Source of the DNA: Aulosira sp. ZfuVER01
GTDB lineage: Bacteria; Cyanobacteriota; Cyanobacteriia; Cyanobacteriales; Nostocaceae
NCBI GenBank assembly: GCA_034530615.2
Contig: JAVRCV020000076.1
Location: 1-21,823, forward strand
DNA: 21,823 bases
Direction of reading: 5' to 3'
Of the stretch, positions 15,909 through 21,823 are shown in pieces (position 1 is the stretch's first letter; every line of letters starts with the position of its first letter). The notes beneath the pieces were generated by a model. That model had not been told where the DNA came from. It saw only the letters and a list, made by a program, of their open reading frames with translations, and did no database searches. The position numbers were made by a program, and so were the translations under genes.

Positions 15909-17231
15909 ATGACAGTAGCAATAGAGCGTAATATCCAGCCAGCAAGTAATGCGATCGCGAAAAATGAAGTCAATCTCTCAACCTCATTAGGTTTACTCAA
16001 AAGACAGTTAAAGTCAAATGGCTCTCATAGCTTTGAAGATATAGCTGAAGCTATTTATCAGCATAAGCAATTGCAAGTTCAGGCAGGTTTGTATTCTCAA
16101 GACAAATTTACCTTGGAAGGTAGCGATGGAGAAGCACAGCTAGTTTGTCCATCGACGGGAACGCTGCACCAGTGCATCATTTGGTGTATTAATCACTACA
16201 CAGGCCTAAATAGAAACGAGAAGATTATCGATAAAGTCTGCGAAGCCGTCAAAAAATTTGGTACGGGAAGCGGGACTTCTGCAATATCAGGCGGTATGTC
16301 TTCGTTGCATAAGGAGGCGGAAAAACGGCTGGCGTCTTTAGTTGGTAAAGAATCTGCTTTATTGTTCCCGACAGGATACAGCACCAATTTAGGTGTGATC
16401 TCTGCTTTACCAGGAACAAATGATTTTTTACTGTTCGACCGGGAAGCCCATGCTTCAATTATTGACGGGATTAAGCTTTCAGGGAAAAAGTTTGCTTCAT
16501 TCAAGCATAACTCTGTAGCAGACTTAGAGAATAAGCTGAAAAAATACAGGCACAACTACGAAAATGTCATTGTCATTGTCGAATCTGCATATTCAATGAG
16601 TGGTGATTTGGCTCCTTTAACCGAAATTGTCCAACTCAAGAAAAAATATAATTTTCATCTCTATGTAGATGAAGCACACACATTTGGTTTTTACGGTCAT
16701 CAAGGTGCTGGATATTGTAATCAACTAGGCGTGACTGATGAAGTAGATTTCATCATGTCCACCTTATCTAAATCCACAGCTTCCATCGGTGGTTTTATTG
16801 CTTGCAAAAGTAAATATATACCTTTACTGGAATGGAGCGCCAACTCTTACTTATTTCAAGCTTGTCTGACTCCAGGGGATGCAGCCGCTATCTTAGCCTC
16901 GCTTGATGAATTAGCTGCAAATCCAGAATTAATTGCCCAACTGCATCAAAAAAATAGCTACATGAGGCAAAAACTCACGGGAATGGGTTTTGATTTAGGT
17001 CATAGCCAAAGTCCGATTATACCTATATTTATTCCCAATCCAGAGACTTTACACGCTTTTAACCGCGATTTGTTCTCAGAAGGAATTTTTTCAATTGCGA
17101 TTGTCTACCCCATCGTCAAACCTTCAGAAGGTCGAATTCGTTTTATCTTAAACGCTTCACATACTTATGAAAACATCGATAGAACATTGGATGTGTTGGA
17201 AAAACTGGGCAAGCAATACAGACTTATTTAG
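15909..17231 (+). CDS. PLP-dependent alpha-oxoamine synthase (BioF/Kbl/SPT/CqsA family, aminotransferase class II)
   Basis: INHYTGL, FGTGSGTS, FPTGYSTN, DREAHASIIDG, FKHN, VESAYSMSGD, VDEAHTFG, PLP-lysine motif STLSKS, and RIRFIL. Confidence 0.92.
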   Translation: MTVAIERNIQPASNAIAKNEVNLSTSLGLLKRQLKSNGSHSFEDIAEAIYQHKQLQVQAGLYSQDKFTLEGSDGEAQLVCPSTGTLHQCIIWCINHYTGLNRNEKIIDKVCEAVKKFGTGSGTSAISGGMSSLHKEAEKRLASLVGKESALLFPTGYSTNLGVISALPGTNDFLLFDREAHASIIDGIKLSGKKFASFKHNSVADLENKLKKYRHNYENVIVIVESAYSMSGDLAPLTEIVQLKKKYNFHLYVDEAHTFGFYGHQGAGYCNQLGVTDEVDFIMSTLSKSTASIGGFIACKSKYIPLLEWSANSYLFQACLTPGDAAAILASLDELAANPELIAQLHQKNSYMRQKLTGMGFDLGHSQSPIIPIFIPNPETLHAFNRDLFSEGIFSIAIVYPIVKPSEGRIRFILNASHTYENIDRTLDVLEKLGKQYRLI

Positions 17232-17238
17232 TCAGAAA

Positions 17239-17266
17239 AGGCTTCGACCAGGAAACGTCAAAGCCT
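17239..17266. other. Intercistronic hairpin after the AOS gene
   Basis: AGGCTTCGAC-8 nt-GTCAAAGCCT, a 10-bp stem with one mismatch. Confidence 0.5.
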
Positions 17267-17324
17267 GACAACGAATTTATCGAACTATATTCTCAAATTC
17301 ATTATCGCATCAACATTCAAACCA

Positions 17325-17717
17325 ATGACGATCGCACAAACTCTTAACGTTCGTGATGCAATTATCGCAGCGAACCAAAACTTCATGCAGACTTTTGCAC
17401 GGGGTGATGCAGCTAGTTTAGCTAATTTATACACGCAGGATGCTCAAATTCTCCCGACTCATAGCGACTTTATCGGTACAAGACAGGGAATTGAAGAATT
17501 TTGGCAAACAATTTTCCACCTCAACATTACCCAAGCCAATCTGGAAACCATTGAGGTAGAAAGTCATGGCAACACAGCAATTGAAGTAGGAAAATATTTG
17601 TTGAGCGATCACAACGGTCAAACGGTAGACACAGGTAAGTATATCGTCATCTGGAAACAAGAGGATGGACAGTGGCGATTGCATCGTGACATTTGGAACA
17701 GTAGTTTACCTGCTTAA
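17325..17717 (+). CDS. SnoaL/NTF2-like (DUF4440/YybH-type) protein
   Basis: AIIAANQNFMQTFARGDAASLANLYTQDA, GNTAIEVGKY, DTGKYIVIWKQEDGQWRLHRDIWNS. Confidence 0.9.
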   Translation: MTIAQTLNVRDAIIAANQNFMQTFARGDAASLANLYTQDAQILPTHSDFIGTRQGIEEFWQTIFHLNITQANLETIEVESHGNTAIEVGKYLLSDHNGQTVDTGKYIVIWKQEDGQWRLHRDIWNSSLPA

Positions 17718-17756
17718 GCTGAAAGTTTGTTTATTTTCAGGTAAATAGACCAAGCT

Positions 17757-17785
17757 GTAAGGACACAGCAATGCTGTGTTCTTAC
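17757..17785. repeat. REP-like palindrome between the SnoaL and SDR genes
   Basis: GTAAGGACACAGCA-A-TGCTGTGTTCTTAC, 14-bp arms with one G:U pair. Confidence 0.7.
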
Positions 17786-17839
17786 GATAAGTATAGTATA
17801 AATACGTAAAAAATCCTGTAACATTGCATCATTTTTTCT

Positions 17840-18577
17840 ATGAATATCAACGGTTCAGTTGTTCTAGTCACTGGTGCTAATCGAGGTATTGGTAAAGCTT
17901 TTGTCAAAGCATTATCTGATGCAGATGCTTCGCGGATATATGCGACTGCACGCAACGTTGACTCGCTTAAAGAAATTGTCGCTATTCACCCAAAAAGAAT
18001 TATTCCCCTAGAGTTAGATATTACCAATCTGGAGCAAATTGCACAGATAGCCGAGATTGCTCAAGATGTAAATCTGCTGATTAACAATGCAGGGGTATTG
18101 GGTACAGGTGGATTTTTCAGCCCCAGCAGCTTAGAAATTGCTCGTTGGGAAATGGAAACCAACTATTTTGGCGGACTATATATGATTCAGGCTTTTGCAC
18201 CAATTCTTAAACGCAATGGTGGAGGTGCGATCGCCAATTTACTTTCTTTAGCATCTTTTGTGAACGTGCCAATGTTTGGTTCTTACTGTGCTTCTAAAGC
18301 TGCGTTTTATTCCTTAACTCAAGGGGTACGTGCTGAACTAGCCCAACAAGGAACGTTGGTAGTAGGTGTGTTTCCTGGGACTGTCGATACAGACATGGGT
18401 GCAAAAGTACCACTAGATAAAGTTTCGCCCAGCGAAATAGCACTTTCTACACTGCAAGCTATAGAACAAGGAATCGAAGACGTAAACCCAGATTCTATGT
18501 CACAGCAAGTATGTGCCAGTATCAAGCAAGATGCGAAAGCCGTAGAAAAACAGTTTGCGGCGCTGTTACCTAATTAA
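17840..18577 (+). CDS. Classical short-chain dehydrogenase/reductase (SDR)
   Basis: TGANRGIG, LINNAG, catalytic YCASK, and PGTVDTDM. Confidence 0.95.
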   Translation: MNINGSVVLVTGANRGIGKAFVKALSDADASRIYATARNVDSLKEIVAIHPKRIIPLELDITNLEQIAQIAEIAQDVNLLINNAGVLGTGGFFSPSSLEIARWEMETNYFGGLYMIQAFAPILKRNGGGAIANLLSLASFVNVPMFGSYCASKAAFYSLTQGVRAELAQQGTLVVGVFPGTVDTDMGAKVPLDKVSPSEIALSTLQAIEQGIEDVNPDSMSQQVCASIKQDAKAVEKQFAALLPN

Positions 18578-18644
18578 CGCTCGTGGTTATTGAAAAAGCG
18601 ATATTTTTTTGTAAAAGTCCGCGTATTGCGCTGCTCGTCATCTC

Positions 18645-18760
18645 GCTCAGAATTGAAATTCCGGACTAATAGTCCAACTCTACTAAAATGGACTGAAATA
18701 TGCAGCTTAGTCTACTTTAGTAGACTTGAGCTATTAGCCTGGGAATTGATTCCCAGGCTG
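18645..18760. repeat. Composite palindromic (REP/BIME-like) element between convergent genes
   Basis: 29-bp inverted repeat 18666-18694 vs 18709-18737 (24/29). Perfect hairpin AGCCTGGGAAT-TG-ATTCCCAGGCT (18736-18759). Internal palindrome AGTCTACT-TT-AGTAGACT. Confidence 0.8.
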
Positions 18761-18819
18761 GATAAGAACGAAGCCGCAATATTATTGGTTTACTATTGAT
18801 GAAATTAGAGACATCACCA

Positions 18820-19323
18820 TCATTGCACTACTTTAATAGACTTAGCAATAATCGCAGGTCTGTTGATATATCCTTTATAGTCTTCTGCCTGTAAACTCAA
18901 ATTATAATCTCGTTCAATTTCCGAAATTACGAAATTACGAACTTGTCCTGTAACTTCAACTTTTGTATTACGATTCACAGGTAGATCGAAAGGTACACCT
19001 GAAGCATTTACAACCAATATAGGTTCTTGGATAATTCGTGGCTGATCGTTGATTGTGAAAGAGCTTAAGCCTACTTTCTGAACTGGCTTGCTTCTAATTG
19101 TCACAGTTTTACCGATAAAGACATCTTTATTTGTAACAACTTCCGATGTATTTGTTAGATCGGGAAAGTTGCTTCGATCCTGTTCTTCTATGTTGCCGAA
19201 TCTTACAAAGCCAGCTATCAGTATTAAAGAAATTAATACTGTTGCATCCTGTAGCCCTAAAGTCCGAGGACTGCGTTGAACTTTGGTATTTTGCTTAGAT
19301 TGATTTTGATCGAGGGTATTCAT
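18820..19323 (-). CDS. Hypothetical membrane-anchored protein (beta-rich extracytoplasmic domain)
   Basis: One TM segment (ATVLISLILIAGFV), then FIGKTVTIRS, EPILVVNASG, KVEVTGQVRNF and PAIIAKSI. Confidence 0.78.
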   Translation of the reverse strand: MNTLDQNQSKQNTKVQRSPRTLGLQDATVLISLILIAGFVRFGNIEEQDRSNFPDLTNTSEVVTNKDVFIGKTVTIRSKPVQKVGLSSFTINDQPRIIQEPILVVNASGVPFDLPVNRNTKVEVTGQVRNFVISEIERDYNLSLQAEDYKGYINRPAIIAKSIKVVQ

Positions 19324-19732
19324 GTTAGATAATGCTAATAAATCGATTTTTTATATGGATAATGTTTTATATCAACACCGAGCCGCATCAATGGAAATGA
19401 GATAAATATGAAAAATGCTACAAAAACTTAAGCTTATCTATTAAGAAAGATTAGCTAATTACAAAAAGTATTTATTTTGAGATTTAAATTAAAAGTGTTT
19501 AAACCTTTAAAGCTTATATTACAAAATAAAAAATATAAATTTCTTCCTGCTAAAGTGATAAAATCGTTATTAAATACAAATTACTAACAATACTATAGGT
19601 AGAGCTAGATACGTCCAATAGTAGAGCTTGAAAATACCGACATTGATTCCTAATGCAAAAGCGCTCCGAGCAATTCTTTCAATATGCAAAGCTTTATTTG
19701 TAATCCAAAGCCTTTACTCCTAATCCTTAACC

Positions 19733-20782
19733 ATGACTAATGTAGGATCGACTACCTCAACAAAAAAGAAAGGAAAATCATTACCGCCAAAGCTGATTAT
19801 CACGCTGGGTAAGTATGTTTGGGAAACAATGTGGCATACGATGATGTCAAAAATTGCTCCTCGGAGTCAATCTGGAGAGTATATTCGCCCCAGCAGTCAG
19901 TTTAGAAACTTTATTAGCACAGAAAAAGATAACTCCTACCCAGCAGCAGCGGGGCGCTATCACCTTTATGTGGGGCTGAGTTGTCCTTGGGCGCACCGTA
20001 CTCTGATTGTGCGGGCGCTGAAAGGATTAGAAGATGCAATCTCTGTCAGCGTTGTTGTTCCTTCTGCGATCGCAGGTGGTTGGGTATTTGAACAAGAAGA
20101 AGAAGGTTGCGCTAGCCTAGCCCAATTGTATGCCCTTGCTCAACCTGGTTACACTGGACGCGCTACAGTTCCAGTTTTATGGGACAAACAAACAAAGACT
20201 ATCGTTAACAATGAGAGTGCAGAGATTATTGTCATGCTGAACTCAGAATTCAATGAGTTCGCCACTAATCCTACCTTGAATTTGTATCCTGAAGGATTAA
20301 AACAGAAGATTGATTGGTGGAATGAGAAGATTTACAACAGCGTGAATAACGGTGTCTATCGTTGCGGCTTTGCTCAAACTCAAGCAGCTTACAATCAAGC
20401 TTGTGATGAATTGTTCGCTACCTTGGATGAGATTGAAGCAGCCCTACAGACAAGTAGATATCTGTGTGGAGATAATGTCACCCTTGCAGATGTTCGCCTG
20501 TTTACAACATTATTCCGTTTTGATGTTGCTTACTATGGGTTGTTCAAGTGTAATCGCCGGAGAATTCAAGATTATCCCAACTTAGGAGTCTACCTCAGGG
20601 ATATGTATCAGCTTCAGAGTGTGGCTGATACTTGCAACATAGAAAGTGTGAAACAAGACTACTATGGAAATCTATTTCCACTCAATCCCGGTGGTATTAT
20701 TCCCTCTGGCCCGGATATGTCATATCTATTAAAACCACACGAGCGCGATCGCATTGGTAAGAGTGCAGATTTGCAAGTATGA
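19733..20782 (+). CDS. Glutathionyl-hydroquinone reductase (YqjG/ECM4/Xi-class GST)
   Basis: GRYHLYVGLSCPWAHRTLIVRALKGL, TVPVLWDK, IVNNESAEII, VNNGVYRCGFA, LADVRLFTTLFRFD, NPGGIIPSGP. Confidence 0.95.
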   Translation: MTNVGSTTSTKKKGKSLPPKLIITLGKYVWETMWHTMMSKIAPRSQSGEYIRPSSQFRNFISTEKDNSYPAAAGRYHLYVGLSCPWAHRTLIVRALKGLEDAISVSVVVPSAIAGGWVFEQEEEGCASLAQLYALAQPGYTGRATVPVLWDKQTKTIVNNESAEIIVMLNSEFNEFATNPTLNLYPEGLKQKIDWWNEKIYNSVNNGVYRCGFAQTQAAYNQACDELFATLDEIEAALQTSRYLCGDNVTLADVRLFTTLFRFDVAYYGLFKCNRRRIQDYPNLGVYLRDMYQLQSVADTCNIESVKQDYYGNLFPLNPGGIIPSGPDMSYLLKPHERDRIGKSADLQV

Positions 20783-20847
20783 ATAATCAAGAGCGATCGC
20801 AGTCAACTTCATCCAGCATATTGCAAATAGTGCGATCGCTCCACCTA

Positions 20848-20879
20848 GGTGAGCGTGAAATTTCAGAAAATGCTCACCC
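20848..20879. terminator. Hairpin between convergent GST and HdeD genes
   Basis: GGTGAGC...GCTCACC inverted repeat in the convergent gap. Confidence 0.45.
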
Positions 20880-20896
20880 TACACAAAAATATACCC

Positions 20897-21469
20897 TTAA
20901 GCTGTTCCTGCGGCTTGGTCAGGGTTACTCAAGGTAGAACGTCCGTTCAATGACAGCATCGTCCGTGAAACACCAGTGAACAGAATGCTAACACCAAGCA
21001 GCGTTCCAATCAGCCAAGGTGCGTTAAAGGGCCACTGGAACATAATCATTGCACCCAAGATTAAGGTGATGATACCGTTACCTAATGCCCATGTCCAGTT
21101 ATGTTGCGGACGCAGTTTAAATGCCAGAATTAACTCGAAAACACCTTCGGTTAACAAAAAGCTACCCAGCAATAGAGTTAATGTCAGGATACCTGTAGAA
21201 GGGTAAATCAGTAGCATCACACCCGTTGCAATGTACAGTCCACCTAGCGAAACTTTCCAAACTAAGCCGCCTGACTCGCGGGTGTTATAGGCATAGAATA
21301 GTTTAGCGAAACCAGCAGAGGCCAGAATTATTGCAACCCAAGCTTCGGCAAAAATCGTCGATATAGTAGGGATAGCGATCGCAATAATTCCTAAAATAAT
21401 CAACAGAACGCCAGTTAAGAGCGACTTATTATCGCTCTTGTTGATATCAGGGGAAACATTATTCGTCAT
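20897..21469 (-). CDS. HdeD/DUF308-family membrane protein
   Basis: About six TM helices; GVLLIILGIIAIAIP, LTLTLLLGSFLLTEG, WPFNAPWLIGTLLGVSILFTG. Confidence 0.9.
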   Translation of the reverse strand: MTNNVSPDINKSDNKSLLTGVLLIILGIIAIAIPTISTIFAEAWVAIILASAGFAKLFYAYNTRESGGLVWKVSLGGLYIATGVMLLIYPSTGILTLTLLLGSFLLTEGVFELILAFKLRPQHNWTWALGNGIITLILGAMIMFQWPFNAPWLIGTLLGVSILFTGVSRTMLSLNGRSTLSNPDQAAGTA

Positions 21470-21823
21470 AAAATTTTTCCTTACGCTTCATTGAACTCTC
21501 AATTTAGGCTAAGGAATTTTTACTGAACAAGGCATCATCCTAAGGTAGACTTATAGGTATTAATTTCATCTGTACACACCCTACCCGATGGAAACGCTCT
21601 GCGAACTAGTGGGGAACAGTAATAATATTTTTATATCTGTTGGTAGATGAACTAAAAAATAATTCCTATTTAAAATCTGAGTCCTGAATTATGACGACAT
21701 CACAGGTGAAATACCTTATTTTTGATTAGGTATGGTGTCAACTTGCTGGTTAAGTTCGTGAAGTTGATTATTTACAGCCAATTGCAGGTAAATGAGGTAC
21801 ACTAATATTGAGAGAATGAACGG

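Noticed and set aside
15909..17231. Naming the AOS gene bioF, spt, cqsA or sxtA
   Set aside because: Family motifs do not discriminate, there is no bio or sxt context, and it lacks SxtA's other domains.
18590..18799. 69-aa ORF after the SDR
   Set aside because: TTG start and it runs through the palindromic repeat element; likely spurious.
19599..19612. GTA-N8-TAC upstream of the glutathionyl-hydroquinone reductase
   Set aside because: Lacks the flanking T/A and a properly spaced -10 box.
20791..20841. Inverted repeat GAGCGATCGCA...TGCGATCGCTC after the GST gene
   Set aside because: Mostly explained by two self-complementary HIP1 octamers.
1659..21206. Other short overlapping ORFs in the track (1659-1859, 5541-5744, 12398-12679, 12611-12796, 13048-13275, 13881-14093, 13934-14182, 14668-14983, 16196-16555, 17427-17684, 18319-18525, 19088-19279, 20352-20585, 20976-21206)
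   Set aside because: All overlap well-supported genes and show no protein-family features.

Overview
AT-rich chromosomal window from a cyanobacterium, probably a filamentous Nostocales-type strain. This is inferred from abundant HIP1 octamers (GCGATCGC), heptamer STRRs, XisH/XisI, Uma2 and chlH. It has five parts. (1) A two-gene unit: a membrane DUF3365/Tll0287-like CxxCH heme sensor with a HAMP domain but no enzymatic output domain, followed by an atypical MinD/ParA-family ATPase. (2) An accessory patch of about 3.5 kb downstream of chlH: Uma2 nuclease, antitoxin/PIN toxin pair, a 58-bp HIP1-based tandem array, an AT-rich orphan and xisH/xisI. (3) chlH. (4) An Rpn-family PD-(D/E)XK gene with a probable internal small protein, an lpxB-like glycosyltransferase, a membrane protein, an M23 peptidase and a secreted ankyrin protein. 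(5) A three-gene cluster (alpha-oxoamine synthase, SnoaL/DUF4440, SDR), then a hypothetical protein, a glutathionyl-hydroquinone reductase and an HdeD-family protein. The most interesting candidates are the sensor-MinD pair, the AOS/SnoaL/SDR cluster and the 58-bp array with its solitary, insertion-interrupted copy bracketing the Uma2-TA block. All family calls come from motif recognition; no database searches were run.
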